From Candidatus Dadabacteria bacterium (GTDB lineage: Bacteria > Desulfobacterota_D > UBA1144 > Nemesobacterales > CSP1-2): a stretch of 64,000 bases of DNA. A program made the position numbers and the translations under genes. Below are positions 41,963 through 53,178 of the stretch, piece after piece. Under the pieces are notes generated by a model that made no database searches, was not told the DNA's origin, and saw only the letters and a program-made list of their open reading frames with translations. Location: NCBI GenBank assembly GCA_963805855.1, contig CAWDVW010000005.1, positions 320,001 through 384,000 on the forward strand. Reading direction: 5' to 3'. Within the stretch, counting starts at the first letter, position 1. Every line of letters starts with the position of its first letter.

Positions 41963-43069
41963 TTAAACGTTAAGTCTTGACCCCTCTATATATGCTCTTC
42001 CTGCTTTAATATGAAATATCTTTTTGGATCCCTTGTAATGTACTTCTCTCGCCGATGTCGCGGTTACAAAAACCTGTCCCAGAAATCCTTCGAGCAATTC
42101 AAATAGGAAATTTCTCCTCTTCTCATCAAGCTCGCTTGTTACGTCATCCAAAAGAAGGATAGGTGTTCTACCAAGCATGTTTCTCGTCAGCTCTATTTCG
42201 GCAGACTTTAGCGCCAGTGCAAGAGTTTTTGCCTCTCCCTGCGAGGCAAAACCCGATGAGTCCTTTCCATCTATCCTGAATTCAATTATGTCTCTGTGCG
42301 GTCCCACTGAAGTATGTCCAAGTCTTATATCCCTACCAATCCTTGAGCTGAGCTCATTCTTTAAAGATCCCTCAATTCCGCTCAAGAACCTGAATGTAGA
42401 TCCGTACTTAATAATAAGTCCCGAATCAATGCCGCTAAGCGATCTGTAAATAACCTCAACCTCAGGCTGGAGCTTTTTTATAAATGTTATTCTCCTTTCT
42501 ATTATTTTCCCGCCCAGCTCTGCAACCTTTGAATCCCAAACTTCCAGAGTTTCCCTTGAGAATTTATCCCTCTTTGTAAGCAATGCGTTCCTCTGGCTTA
42601 ACGCGCGGTAGTATGATTTGAGGTCCAATAAATGTTGAGGATCGAAAGTACATACAAGCGAGTCCAAATACTTTCTCCTGTTCTGGGGCGGACCCTTTAC
42701 CAAATCAATGTCCGTCGGCAAGAAAGTTACTACGTTAAACCTCCCGAGTGCCTTAGTCAAACTGTAAATTACCTTTCCATTGAGCTTTACTGCCTTCCCA
42801 GACTTTGTAAGTAGTATATATACTTCATTCAGCCCGGAATGGGTTTTGACCTCACCTTTTATCTTTCCCTGTAAATGTCCGAAACTGATAAGCTCCTCTG
42901 TCTTCAACTGTTTGAATGGCCTGAAAGTTAATAATAGGTGGACCGCCTCGAGGAGATTGGTTTTGCCCTGTGCATTGTCTCCATGAATAATGTTGAAACC
43001 TTCATGAAAGGTAAACAACTCTTCCTCATAATTTCTGAAGTTTTTAATGGTTAATGATTGTAGTATCAC
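41963..43069 (-). CDS. recF: DNA replication/repair protein RecF
   Basis: NFRNY, GDNAQGKTN, GPHRD, SQGE and LLLDDV.SELD. GTG start at 43069 chosen. Confidence 0.95.
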   Translation of the reverse strand: MILQSLTIKNFRNYEEELFTFHEGFNIIHGDNAQGKTNLLEAVHLLLTFRPFKQLKTEELISFGHLQGKIKGEVKTHSGLNEVYILLTKSGKAVKLNGKVIYSLTKALGRFNVVTFLPTDIDLVKGPPQNRRKYLDSLVCTFDPQHLLDLKSYYRALSQRNALLTKRDKFSRETLEVWDSKVAELGGKIIERRITFIKKLQPEVEVIYRSLSGIDSGLIIKYGSTFRFLSGIEGSLKNELSSRIGRDIRLGHTSVGPHRDIIEFRIDGKDSSGFASQGEAKTLALALKSAEIELTRNMLGRTPILLLDDVTSELDEKRRNFLFELLEGFLGQVFVTATSAREVHYKGSKKIFHIKAGRAYIEGSRLNV

Positions 43070-43187
43070 AGGAGTGCTGAAGTATGCGGCCAAAAACATT
43101 ATAATTTAGATTATTCTTTTAATCAATTATACTTTATTGACCTCTATAACAGCTGTCGGTATTATGTTTTTATCGGGTGATTTCAAA

Positions 43188-45350
43188 ATGCTGAACCTTA
43201 GAATTTCTGAAATATCAGTAAAGGACGCAGGAAAGGGATTTGCGAGAATCGATTCAAAGGATATGAACACACTCGGTGTGGATGACTGGGATTTGGTCGA
43301 AATCGGAGGTAAAAGGAAGACCGTTGTCAGGATCATGCCATTGGAGGAATCCGTCCAGGAAAAATCAATAATTCAGGTAGATGGAATAACTAGGGAAAAT
43401 GCCAAGGTAGGTATCAATGACCGCGTCAAAATAAAGAAGATTGAGACCAAAATTGCAACTAAGGTCGTCCTTGCTCCCCTAAACAACTCACTCCTGTTGA
43501 ACGGGGATGAAAAAAAGTATTTGTTAAATCGACTTGAGGGAGCGCCGGTCACTGTTGGTGATAGAGTTAGGATCGCGCTGCCCGGATCAAAAATCGAGGA
43601 ACTTTTGGTTCTTGGGACTATGCCGTCAGTATCAGGGGTAATAAGTTCAGCAACCAAGTTAACACTTAGAAAACAGCCGAAGGATAAGATTGATAGCGTA
43701 GGCGTTAGATATGAGGATATTGGTGGGCTAAAAGAACAGATCAGAAAAGTAAGGGAAATGGTCGAGCTCCCACTCAGATATCCTCAGGTATTTGAGAGGT
43801 TAGGCATAACCCCGCCGCGCGGTGTGCTATTAGTCGGTCCTCCCGGAAGCGGAAAGACGCTTCTGGCTAAGGCAATCGCTCATGAAACTAATGTCAACTT
43901 CCAAGTAATTAACGGGCCAGAGATTATCCATAAATTCTATGGCGAGAGTGAGGCTCGCCTGAGAGATATCTTCGAGGTTGCGTCAAGAAATCAACCATCG
44001 ATTATCTTCCTCGACGAGCTGGATGCCATTGCGCCAAAAAGGGAGAAGGTATCTGGAGACGTAGAGAAACGGGTCGTTGCTCAACTACTTGCAATAATGG
44101 ATGGACTGAAGAATAAAGGAAGGGTGGTCGTAATAGGGGCTACAAACCTTCCGAGTATGCTTGACCCGGCACTGAGGAGACCGGGTAGGTTTGACAGGGA
44201 AGTGAGTTTGGACGTTCCCGATAGAAACGGAAGGCTGGAGATATTTGAGGTGCACACCCGTGGAATGCCAATTGCCCCTGAAAGAGAAATAGACCTTGAG
44301 AGGCTTGCCGATCTAACGCATGGTTTCGTCGGCGCGGACATTGAAAACCTATGCAGGGAAGCTGCCATGAAGGCCCTTCGGGATACGATCCCAGATATAG
44401 ACTTCGAAGGTGGTTCTTTGGGGTATGAAGCTCTCCTGGATCTGAATGTTGAAATGGAACATTTTATGGAGGCGTTAAGAGAGGTCGAGCCATCCGCTAT
44501 AAGAGAAATCATTGTAGACATTCCAAAAGTAAATCCGGAAGATGTCGGGGGCCTCGATGATATTGTGGGTAGACTCACCGAAGCGGTAATCTGGCCTCTT
44601 AAGTATAAGGAGCTTTTCGAGATAACCGGAACAAAAGCGCCAAAGGGAATACTACTTTACGGACCCCCCGGCACTGGTAAAACGCTGCTGGCAAAGTCAA
44701 TTGCGAATCAAAGTGGGCTGAACTTCATTTCGGTAAAGGGCGCTGAGCTTTTGTCAAAATATGTGGGAGAATCGGAAAGAGCGGTCAGAGAAGTCTTTAA
44801 AAAGGCAAAGCAGGTTTCACCGTGCATAATTTTCTTTGATGAGATCGACGCACTTGCACCCTGTCGTTCAGCGACCGAAGGTAACCATGTTGCCGAAAGG
44901 GTTGTCAGTCAGCTTCTAACAGAAATGGATGGGGTCGAGGAGCTTACGGGTGTTTCGGTAATTGCCGCTACAAACAGGGTAGATATAGTGGATCCCGCGC
45001 TATTAAGGTCAGGAAGATTCGACCTATTTTTATCGATACCTCTCCCAGATGAACATGCATTAGTCGAAATACTAAAGATACATACCCGAAACAAACCACT
45101 AGCAAGCGACGTCAACCTTAAAGAGCTGTCCAGGGAGATCCAGGGGTTTTCCGGTGCGGATGTTGAATTGTTGTGCCAAAAAGCCTCACTTATTGCGATA
45201 AGAAAGCATTTGAAAAAGGGAAAGGGGGTTTTAAAAATTACGCGGAATCATTTCGAAGAAGCCTTAGATGAGATGGCCAAGCTAAATGGATTCATTTTCC
45301 CAAAGCGTTCTGATCCCGGAAGGATCTCTGGAACTCACCAAAGTGCTTAA
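43188..45350 (+). CDS. CDC48/VCP family AAA+ ATPase
   Basis: CDC48 N-domain (DAGKGFARID...RENAKV), D1 GPPGSGKT and D2 GPPGTGKT, RPGRFDRE. Confidence 0.93.
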   Translation: MLNLRISEISVKDAGKGFARIDSKDMNTLGVDDWDLVEIGGKRKTVVRIMPLEESVQEKSIIQVDGITRENAKVGINDRVKIKKIETKIATKVVLAPLNNSLLLNGDEKKYLLNRLEGAPVTVGDRVRIALPGSKIEELLVLGTMPSVSGVISSATKLTLRKQPKDKIDSVGVRYEDIGGLKEQIRKVREMVELPLRYPQVFERLGITPPRGVLLVGPPGSGKTLLAKAIAHETNVNFQVINGPEIIHKFYGESEARLRDIFEVASRNQPSIIFLDELDAIAPKREKVSGDVEKRVVAQLLAIMDGLKNKGRVVVIGATNLPSMLDPALRRPGRFDREVSLDVPDRNGRLEIFEVHTRGMPIAPEREIDLERLADLTHGFVGADIENLCREAAMKALRDTIPDIDFEGGSLGYEALLDLNVEMEHFMEALREVEPSAIREIIVDIPKVNPEDVGGLDDIVGRLTEAVIWPLKYKELFEITGTKAPKGILLYGPPGTGKTLLAKSIANQSGLNFISVKGAELLSKYVGESERAVREVFKKAKQVSPCIIFFDEIDALAPCRSATEGNHVAERVVSQLLTEMDGVEELTGVSVIAATNRVDIVDPALLRSGRFDLFLSIPLPDEHALVEILKIHTRNKPLASDVNLKELSREIQGFSGADVELLCQKASLIAIRKHLKKGKGVLKITRNHFEEALDEMAKLNGFIFPKRSDPGRISGTHQSA

Positions 45351-46176
45351 TGACCCTCTCATTTTACTCATACTTTCATTCATTTTCGGCACCTTTTTGG
45401 GAAGCTTTCTAAATGTCTGTATTTACAGGGTGCCAAACGGAATTTCAATTATCCATCCTCGATCACATTGCATATCATGTAAAACGCCTCTAAGATTCTA
45501 TAACAACATCCCGGTTATAAGCTTTCTTTTGATCCGTGGGAGGTGTAAGAACTGTAACGCCAGGATTTCACCAAGGTATTTGATCGTGGAGATTCTATCG
45601 GGGATTATCTGTGCTTTATCCGTCTGGGAATTTGGTATCACGCTTCAGACACTCTTCTACTTAATATTCTTGTTTTGCCTCGTTGTCGTTACATTCATTG
45701 ATATTGAACATATGATTATTCCCAACGTAATTACCATCCCCGGCATATTCATCGGAATTGTGTATGGTGTCATTAGAACTGACTGGGCCAATCTTACGAT
45801 ATTTCTCACAGATTCTAATGCGCATCCCTACAAGATCGCCTCAATAATCGTAAGTCAGCCGGCATTCGATTCTATTTTCGGGGCAATACTGGGAGGGGGT
45901 CTCCTTTACATAATAGCACTAATATACTTTATATTAAGAAAAAGAGAGGGGATGGGTATGGGAGATGTGAAGCTCCTCGCGATGATAGGCGCCTTTCTCG
46001 GCTGGAAGAGTATAATCTATGTTACCCTCATCAGTTCCGTACTCGGGACGATTGTCGGGATAGCAATAATAATTTATAAGAGAGGTGACATAAGCTACGC
46101 GCTGCCTTTCGGCCCTTTCCTTTCGTTAGCTGCAGCGCTATACCTCTTCATAAGCCAAGCATATCCCAGAATCTAA
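45343..46176 (+). CDS. pilD: Type IV prepilin peptidase/methyltransferase
   Basis: GSFLNVCIYR, two CxxC pairs, IDIEH, GMGDVKL and PFGPFL. GTG start overlapping the CDC48 stop chosen (ORF is open from 45286). Confidence 0.92.
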   Translation: MLNDPLILLILSFIFGTFLGSFLNVCIYRVPNGISIIHPRSHCISCKTPLRFYNNIPVISFLLIRGRCKNCNARISPRYLIVEILSGIICALSVWEFGITLQTLFYLIFLFCLVVVTFIDIEHMIIPNVITIPGIFIGIVYGVIRTDWANLTIFLTDSNAHPYKIASIIVSQPAFDSIFGAILGGGLLYIIALIYFILRKREGMGMGDVKLLAMIGAFLGWKSIIYVTLISSVLGTIVGIAIIIYKRGDISYALPFGPFLSLAAALYLFISQAYPRI

Positions 46177-46227
46177 ATGCGATTAAATTATCACATTTTC
46201 TTCTAAAATATTTTATAATGAATCGAC

Positions 46228-47709
46228 ATGCGGGAAATAGGACTTAGGGCAGAGATACTGATTAATATCCTATTCCTAGCAGCTGTTGCAATGCTGTTGA
46301 TAGGCATTATCGCATTCATCGTTACTGGTCGATCTGCCCTTCAAGGGAAAATAAATAGCGTAAAATCTACTATCACGGCATTCAATTCACTCTACTCTAA
46401 CGAATCAGAAATGGAAAAGGGTATCAATTTTCTAAAGGATGTTCTTGGTCCCAATTCATGGGGGACGATATCAGAGAAAAATGGCAAACGGATTTCATTT
46501 AATGCTGAATCAGATAACAATTCGGGCGTTTCAGCCGATCCACGAATCCTCGAAGTTATGAAAAGCGGGGAAACCATAATCGATGTAGATGGAATCAATA
46601 TGCCGCCTTTTTCCTATTATAAGGGATTTAGGATTATCTCCCCCATCATGAATGGAAGAACTCAAGTTGGTGTTGTTCTTCTTTATCAACCACTGTTATC
46701 CCTGGAAAAAGAAACAATCTCCGGCCAGCTACTCATTTCTATCTCAATACTCATGAATTTGATTATTATCGGCATCTACGGTCTATACACTTTGTCGAGA
46801 AGGGTGATAAACCCCGTGCAAAAGCTTATCAAAACGACAGATTATATAAGTAGGGGCGAGTTCCCCGACAATCTTGATTTGGGAGGAGTTAAAGAAATTA
46901 ATCAGCTATATACCGCGCTGAGGAGTATGTACGAGGAAATTGAGAATACCAAGAAAAGCCTGAAAAATAATATCCGGGCACTGGAGGAATCGAACCGAGA
47001 ATTGGTCAAAACCCAGAGAGAGCTTATTGCCTCAGAGAAGCTCGCTTCTCTTGGAAGGCTAGGCGCAGGGGTTGCGCATGAAATTGGAAATCCCCTATCA
47101 GCAATAAGAGGCTATATCGAGGTATTAAAGAGGGGATACCTACACGATGAAAGAAAAGCAAGTGAGTTCCTCGACAACATACATAAAGAGGTGGAAAGAA
47201 TCGATAGAATTATCCGAACCCTCATCGACTACTCCCGGAAGAGAGACTTCGAATTGAAGAAGATAGACGTTAATGACGTGATCAAGCACTCTGTCGAAAT
47301 TATAAAAAGCCAAGGTTTGTTGAGAAAGATAGACCTTAGATTGGGGCTCTCGGATAAACCTCTTATTACAAGGGCTGATTATCATCAATTATCGCAGGTA
47401 ATAATAAATCTTATTCTAAATTCAAGAGACGCAATAAATGGAGACGGTATAATAGAAATAAAGACAAACGAAAAACAGGATGGAACGATTGAATTTAGCT
47501 TAAAGGACAACGGTTGCGGTATCCCGGAAGAAATAATCGAAAAAATTTTCGATCCGTTTTTCACGACGAAAGAGCCCGGAATGGGAACCGGTTTAGGGCT
47601 ATCCGTGTCGGAAAGAATTCTTCAGGGATTCGATGCGCATATATCGGCAAAAAGTAAACCGGGATCGGGAACTACTTTCACAATAGTATTCCCAAACATG
47701 GGGGGGTAA
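46228..47709 (+). CDS. Sensor histidine kinase (HAMP, NtrB/PilS-like)
   Basis: Two TM segments, [26 protein letters not shown] and GTGLGL. Confidence 0.93.
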   Translation: MREIGLRAEILINILFLAAVAMLLIGIIAFIVTGRSALQGKINSVKSTITAFNSLYSNESEMEKGINFLKDVLGPNSWGTISEKNGKRISFNAESDNNSGVSADPRILEVMKSGETIIDVDGINMPPFSYYKGFRIISPIMNGRTQVGVVLLYQPLLSLEKETISGQLLISISILMNLIIIGIYGLYTLSRRVINPVQKLIKTTDYISRGEFPDNLDLGGVKEINQLYTALRSMYEEIENTKKSLKNNIRALEESNRELVKTQRELIASEKLASLGRLGAGVAHEIGNPLSAIRGYIEVLKRGYLHDERKASEFLDNIHKEVERIDRIIRTLIDYSRKRDFELKKIDVNDVIKHSVEIIKSQGLLRKIDLRLGLSDKPLITRADYHQLSQVIINLILNSRDAINGDGIIEIKTNEKQDGTIEFSLKDNGCGIPEEIIEKIFDPFFTTKEPGMGTGLGLSVSERILQGFDAHISAKSKPGSGTTFTIVFPNMGG

Positions 47710-47714
47710 TTGCT

Positions 47715-49076
47715 ATGTACAGCGTCCTGATAATCGATGACGAAATTGGCATTCGAGAATCCCTCTCTTTAATTCTCAAGATGGAGGGATTCGAAGTTGA
47801 ATGTGCTGAGAGTGGAACATCGGGCCTTCGACTCTTAGACAGTGGGAAATATTACGACTATATAATCTGCGATGTAAAGATGCCAGGTATGGACGGCATA
47901 CAATTTCTCAAAGAGATCCAAAGCCGCGATTCGGGTTCCATCTTGATAATGATAACTGCATATGGGACTCTGGAGACCTCCATTGAAGCAATTAAGGCAG
48001 GCGCCTCGGAATACATCAGCAAACCTATAAACACCGAGGAATTACTACTCAGAATGGCTATGGCTAGAGAGAGGGAAAAACTGAAGAAGGAAAATCTGTA
48101 TCTCCGCAAGGAACTCGGAAAGGACGATGGCTTCGAAGAAATATTGTTTGAGAGTGACAAAATGGGAGAGGTGATAGCTCTCGCCAGAAAGGCATCTCAG
48201 TTCAAAACTACAGTCCTCATTACTGGCGAAAGCGGAACAGGGAAAGAATTAATTGCGAGAGCAATTCATCGTGCGAGTCCGAGAAAAGAGGAATCATTCG
48301 TAGCTATCAACTGCTCGGCTATCCCCGAGCAACTATTGGAAAGCGAACTCTTCGGTTACGTGAAAGGCGCATTCAGTGGCGCGGATAAAACAAAAAGGGG
48401 TCTTTTTGAAGAAGCCCATGGAGGAACACTCTTACTTGACGAGATCGGAGAGCTGCCTCTACAACTCCAGACAAAGCTTTTGCGAGTATTACAGGAAGAG
48501 GAAATCAGACGGCTTGGAGATACAAAGACTATCAAAATTGATGTGAGAATTATAGCGGCAACATCCAGTAATCTAAACCAAGGTATAGAGTTAGGGAAAT
48601 TCAGAAGCGAGTTATTCTATCGTCTAAACGTACTGCCGATTCATATTCCGCCGCTAAGGGAAAGGAAAGAGGACATCAGATGCCTTGTCGATCATTTCAT
48701 AAAAAAATTCAGAGCTAAAATTAATCCAAGGATAAAGGGCGTCAGCGACGCTGTCATGTCTGAGATATTAGATTATCCATGGTACGGAAACGTGAGAGAG
48801 CTCGAAAATGTTATCGAAAGGGGTGTAATTCTCACCGATTCCGACATTATCCAGCATTTAGATTTGGTGGCTAGGAATAATGAAAAGGGTGAAGATTTTC
48901 GTCGAGATTCTTTTTCACTTGGAGAAGCTTGGCAAAGATTGGAAAAGTATTACATAAAAAAGGCTCTATTCGAGGCGAAAGGCAACCGTACTGAGGCAGC
49001 AAAGCTTTTGGGCTTAAGCCGACGCTCTCTCCATTATAAGCTAAAACATCATGGACAAACAGAAGAGGAAGAGTAA
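47715..49076 (+). CDS. Sigma54-dependent response regulator (NtrC/PilR-like)
   Basis: REC domain, GESGTGKE, ESELFG.VKGAFSGA and a Fis-type HTH. Confidence 0.95.
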   Translation: MYSVLIIDDEIGIRESLSLILKMEGFEVECAESGTSGLRLLDSGKYYDYIICDVKMPGMDGIQFLKEIQSRDSGSILIMITAYGTLETSIEAIKAGASEYISKPINTEELLLRMAMAREREKLKKENLYLRKELGKDDGFEEILFESDKMGEVIALARKASQFKTTVLITGESGTGKELIARAIHRASPRKEESFVAINCSAIPEQLLESELFGYVKGAFSGADKTKRGLFEEAHGGTLLLDEIGELPLQLQTKLLRVLQEEEIRRLGDTKTIKIDVRIIAATSSNLNQGIELGKFRSELFYRLNVLPIHIPPLRERKEDIRCLVDHFIKKFRAKINPRIKGVSDAVMSEILDYPWYGNVRELENVIERGVILTDSDIIQHLDLVARNNEKGEDFRRDSFSLGEAWQRLEKYYIKKALFEAKGNRTEAAKLLGLSRRSLHYKLKHHGQTEEEE

Positions 49077-49133
49077 AAGAATTTCTTTTATTTAGTCCAG
49101 CCAGAGTTCATAACCCATCTTCCGACCGCCTTT

Positions 49134-49250
49134 TGTCATTTCGAATGAATATGAGAAATCTTTCCTTTCTCTTTTGCTCTTGCCGACAGAACTACAAGAT
49201 CTCTCACATCCGTTCGAGATGACATGTTGTGTCGGTTCGATATGACAGGG
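49134..49250. repeat. REP-like inverted pair GTCATTTCGAA..GAGAAATCT / AGATCTCTCAC..TTCGAGATGAC
   Basis: Inverted repeat seen directly. Same family as 11991 and 12925. Confidence 0.65.
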
Positions 49251-49661
49251 TTTGGGCAGCCTTGATCGTCATTGCTGACTGAAGAGGCTTTTTGTTTACG
49301 TGTTGGTATTTTGCAGCTTGCTGCAGAGTTATTCATTGTGACGAAGAAACCCGAGGAATCACTCGAGTACAGAAGGACCACGTGCATCATACCTTAAAAA
49401 TCAATCGAACGTTTTATACGACTCATTGCACTATCAATTCATAAATCGCTATACCGTTTAATGCAAATCACCGTACGCGAGGCATTAATGCTTATTGACT
49501 TAAAGACTATCGGTCATCTATACCTAGAGGTAAAGCCTGCAAAAATTGTACTTGCCTTATTGTTTTAAATGAAGTTATAATAAATATTCAGATAGGGAAT
49601 TTCAATCCCAGGGTATCGTAAATAAGCATATCCTCGGATCTAATCAAGGCACCAAAGTGGA

Positions 49662-50354
49662 GTGGGCATAATAAAAAGGCCAGCGAAGAAGGAAATGGAT
49701 AGTATTAGAGATTATAAGTCCTGGAGAGACAGGTACAACGAAATTGTAAAACTAAAAAAAAGATCCAACCGCTTGCCAAGTCTAAAACCCTCTGCGATGG
49801 GTACTAACCAATACGTTTTAGCTTCATGGCTTGCAAGGCAAAGGAAAAACAAGCGTAACGGATTACTGACTAAAAGACAGATTGAACTACTAGAGTCACT
49901 AGGTGTTGTTTGGAATCCAACTAAGGAAAATAGGAGCAGATGGGAAGAGCAATTGCAAAAATTAATCGAATTTAGAAAGAACAACCCCGACAGATGGCCC
50001 AGTAAGGACGCAAAGGATAAGAACGAAAGAACGATAGCTTTTTGGTGTCATAACAATAGGATGTGGTATCAAGGAAAATTGAGAGAAGTAGGGGAATACC
50101 CCAAATATAGAAAGAATAAATTAGATAAAATTGGGTTCCTCTGGTTCCCAGATGCTAGAAATAAGAGATGGCAAAAAAAGTACGAAGAACTTAAAAGATT
50201 CAGACAAAAAAATCCGGATAGATGGCCCCCGGTCAGCATGTACCCATTGTATAAATGGCTTTTTAAGCAGAAAATCAGATATCGCAGCGGTATATTGCAG
50301 GACGATAGGATTGATCTGCTCAATAAATTAGGAGTCGAATGGAATACAAGTTGA
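49662..50354 (+). CDS. Stand-alone helicase-associated (HA) repeat protein
   Basis: Three repeats of W...Y..L..F....P...L..W...QR....G.L...R...L..LG..W. Confidence 0.85.
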   Translation: MGIIKRPAKKEMDSIRDYKSWRDRYNEIVKLKKRSNRLPSLKPSAMGTNQYVLASWLARQRKNKRNGLLTKRQIELLESLGVVWNPTKENRSRWEEQLQKLIEFRKNNPDRWPSKDAKDKNERTIAFWCHNNRMWYQGKLREVGEYPKYRKNKLDKIGFLWFPDARNKRWQKKYEELKRFRQKNPDRWPPVSMYPLYKWLFKQKIRYRSGILQDDRIDLLNKLGVEWNTS

Positions 50355-50474
50355 AGCCACCCTGCCAAAGTAAAAGCGAAGAAAAAGCAAAAAGGGAAAA
50401 GATAATCTTCCACATCAAAAAGTATGCTATCATTGTGACACGGAATAGGCTAATGCTGATTAGTCATCATAATT

Positions 50475-51779
50475 TTACAATTCCTCAATCCTAATAAAAA
50501 TACTTTTGGATTTTACAACTTGGAGATTGTCGATAGCTTTAAGAGAGGAAAGTAAATCCCTTTCTTTTGCTTCATGAGTCATCATTACTACAGGAACCTC
50601 TCCTCCCCCCAAATGCCTTCCCTTCTGAATAACGGATTCAATGCTAATATTATTTTGTCCTAAACATCCAGTAATCTGCCCCAGTACACCCGGCCTGTCC
50701 TCGACCTGGAACCGCAGATAATATTTCGTTGTGATCTCCGACATCGGGATGAGAAAAGAGGAATTTTTATTGTTATAGAATTTGGGTAGAGATGCACACG
50801 AATCGCCCGTTTCTATGTTTTTGGCAATTTGAACAACATCACTTAAAACGGCGCTTGCAGTAGGCATCATCCCTGCGCCCATTCCATAAAGCATGGTGGG
50901 GCCAACCGAATCTCCGACAATATAAATCGCATTAAACACTCCCGAGACATCTGCGATTTGGGTCCCCTTTTGAACAAGTGTCGGATATACACCGGCTTCT
51001 ATCCCTCCATCTCTAGACTTGGCTATAGCAAGAAGCTTTATCTTATAACCGAGTTCATCCGCAAAAGAAATGTCAATCGGAGTTATCTCGCGGATTCCCT
51101 CAACATAGATTTTCTTGAAATCTAGAAATACCCCAAAAGATAACATTATGAGTATGGAGAGCTTATGGGCCGCATCTATCCCATCGATGTCAAAAGAAGG
51201 GTCGGCTTCAGCATAACCCTCGATTTGAGCCTGTCTGAGTACATCATCAAACTCTTTTCCTTCCTCGGTCATCCTGGAGAGTATATAGTTTGACGTACCG
51301 TTCATTATCCCATGAATAGAAAGAATTTTGTTTGCTATAAATCCCTCTTTAATAGCCTTGATTACTGGTATCCCACCTCCGACACTTGCCTCGAAACCAA
51401 TATTAACCCCCTTTTTCTTAGCAGCACTGAATATCTCCTTTCCATGATGTGCTATGAGCGCCTTATTTGCTGTCACAACATTCTTACCCTTCTCTATTGC
51501 CCCTAAAATAAGATCTTTAGCCACAGTAGTACCGCCTACAAGTTCGATAACAATAGATATAGAGCTATCTTCAATCAACTCTCGAGCATCTGTTGTAAAT
51601 AATGATTTAGGTATATTTACCGGCCTTTTTCTATCGGGATCTATATCAGCTATTCTCTTTAACTCAATCCTTATTCCAGTTCTTTTCTGTATAATATCCA
51701 GATTCTGACCGAGCACCTTGATGACTCCGCATCCAACCGTACCAGCCCCAATTAACCCGACATTAATGACATTCATCAA
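50475..51779 (-). CDS. hom: Homoserine dehydrogenase with ACT domain
   Basis: GAGTVG, VVTANK, FEASVGGGIP, NGTSNYIL and a C-terminal DRPGVL ACT domain. Confidence 0.96.
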   Translation of the reverse strand: MMNVINVGLIGAGTVGCGVIKVLGQNLDIIQKRTGIRIELKRIADIDPDRKRPVNIPKSLFTTDARELIEDSSISIVIELVGGTTVAKDLILGAIEKGKNVVTANKALIAHHGKEIFSAAKKKGVNIGFEASVGGGIPVIKAIKEGFIANKILSIHGIMNGTSNYILSRMTEEGKEFDDVLRQAQIEGYAEADPSFDIDGIDAAHKLSILIMLSFGVFLDFKKIYVEGIREITPIDISFADELGYKIKLLAIAKSRDGGIEAGVYPTLVQKGTQIADVSGVFNAIYIVGDSVGPTMLYGMGAGMMPTASAVLSDVVQIAKNIETGDSCASLPKFYNNKNSSFLIPMSEITTKYYLRFQVEDRPGVLGQITGCLGQNNISIESVIQKGRHLGGGEVPVVMMTHEAKERDLLSSLKAIDNLQVVKSKSIFIRIEEL

Positions 51780-51842
51780 TCATTCTCCTTGGTACACGAG
51801 TGACATTGCTGATTTTAATCGAACAATTATACATTATTAAAT

Positions 51843-51871
51843 TTGACAATAAATCAAAGAGGGCTTAAATT
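51843..51871 (+). promoter_or_regulatory. Putative sigma70 promoter of tRNA-Ala
   Basis: TTGACA-17-TAAATT immediately upstream of the tRNA. Confidence 0.65.
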
Positions 51872-51884
51872 AATGACAATCAGT

Positions 51885-51960
51885 GGGGCCGTAGCTCAGT
51901 TGGGAGAGCGCATGAATGGCATTCATGAGGTCGAGGGTTCAACTCCCTTCGGCTCCACCA
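51885..51960 (+). tRNA. tRNA-Ala (GGC)
   Basis: 76-nt cloverleaf GGGGCCG...CGGCTCCACCA, G3:U70 identity pair, anticodon stem CATGA/TCATG around GGC, GTTCAA T-loop and encoded CCA. Confidence 0.97.
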
Positions 51961-52063
51961 GTCATTACAGTATCAGAATTTGCGGATGTTACCCTTTTCC
52001 CAGTATCGCATTCCGGACAAATAATCATTCTGAGCCCTTTTCGGGATCTCTTGTGATATGTGG

Positions 52064-52139
52064 AGCGGGGTTGGAAGACCCCGACTATCGATATGTGATG
52101 ATAAGATAATCGATAGTCGGGACTTTCCAGTCCCGATTA
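52064..52139. repeat. REP doublet (GATAG-foot hairpins), copy 1
   Basis: GCGGGGTTGGAAGACCCCG-ACTATCG ... CGATAGTCGGGACTTTCCAGTCCCGA. 37 bp (52103-52139) are identical to 55841-55877. Confidence 0.85.
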
Positions 52140-52221
52140 ATCAGCGATTAAGGGCAATAGCTACGGACTGATGAGGCCATCAGTCCCTACATTTAATTTT
52201 TATAAACGAAATTAGTCGGAA

Positions 52222-52443
52222 TCAGTTTTCAAACTTATTGCAGGATTCGTCGACCTTTCCGGTGGTCCTGTCAACGCATACAAGGCAGGTATAATAACTC
52301 CCGTCCGTCAACATAGTGTCCTCTTGGGGATAACAAAAATATCTATCGATCGAATCGGAAAAGGATTCCCTGCCGAAATAGGCAACCAATAATACAGCCA
52401 CAATTAAACCGATGAACACATAGATCAGAGCGCTACTTCGCAT
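52222..52443 (-). CDS. Small membrane-anchored protein with four Cys
   Basis: N-terminal TM helix followed by a short Cys-containing domain. Confidence 0.6.
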   Translation of the reverse strand: MRSSALIYVFIGLIVAVLLVAYFGRESFSDSIDRYFCYPQEDTMLTDGSYYTCLVCVDRTTGKVDESCNKFEN

Positions 52444-52659
52444 AGAAGACTATTATTAATCAAATAAATGAACTGTCAACCGCTTTAAAACAGCGCCTTG
52501 AGACAAAACATAGGCAATGCCAAAGACTTCTCCTTATGAAAACGAAACAAAAAAGAAAACAATGCGTTAATACTATTGTTATCTGAATATTTACTGTTTA
52601 AAATAAAACACGGAGAGTTCCGGATTAAGATTTTTACGTATAGCGTCAAAGGAGAGGAA

Positions 52660-53016
52660 ATGCCTCAATTGAATAGATCCATACTATGGACATCATTTTT
52701 AATTATGGTTTGCTTCCCGATACTATTTCTTGGATCTTGTGCATCAGTCAGAAGTAACGGGATATCCAAGGTTACAGTTCCAGAGATTATCGAGATGACA
52801 AAGGCTGGAGCCAGTGACCAGGAAATAATAAATGAAATTGAACAATCTAAGACAGTCTATAAGCTCGACGGCAACGCATATGCACGTTTGAGGCAAATAG
52901 GCATCTCTGACAATGTGATTAATTATATGCAAGAGACATATACTAATAAAATACAGAATAAGCAGGATCGCGATGAGGACTGGGAGATGTGGAACATAGA
53001 AGACGCAGGTTATTAA
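52660..53016 (+). CDS. Hypothetical lipoprotein
   Basis: SD GGAGAGG, lipobox LGSC, and EIIEMTKAG.SD..II..I / L...GISDNVI..M helical repeats. Confidence 0.8.
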   Translation: MPQLNRSILWTSFLIMVCFPILFLGSCASVRSNGISKVTVPEIIEMTKAGASDQEIINEIEQSKTVYKLDGNAYARLRQIGISDNVINYMQETYTNKIQNKQDRDEDWEMWNIEDAGY

Positions 53017-53178
53017 GTAGGTTGGTTGAAATTCCTTATTTTTATTCTCAATAAATGATCTGATCTCAAATCGTATTATTAATGTCGGATACCTTTTTTA
53101 CTCCGGGAGCGTTAAAAAATAAGGAACAAAATAAAATAATATTTGGGTAGTATACTAAAGAAGGATGGAGGTCATTGG

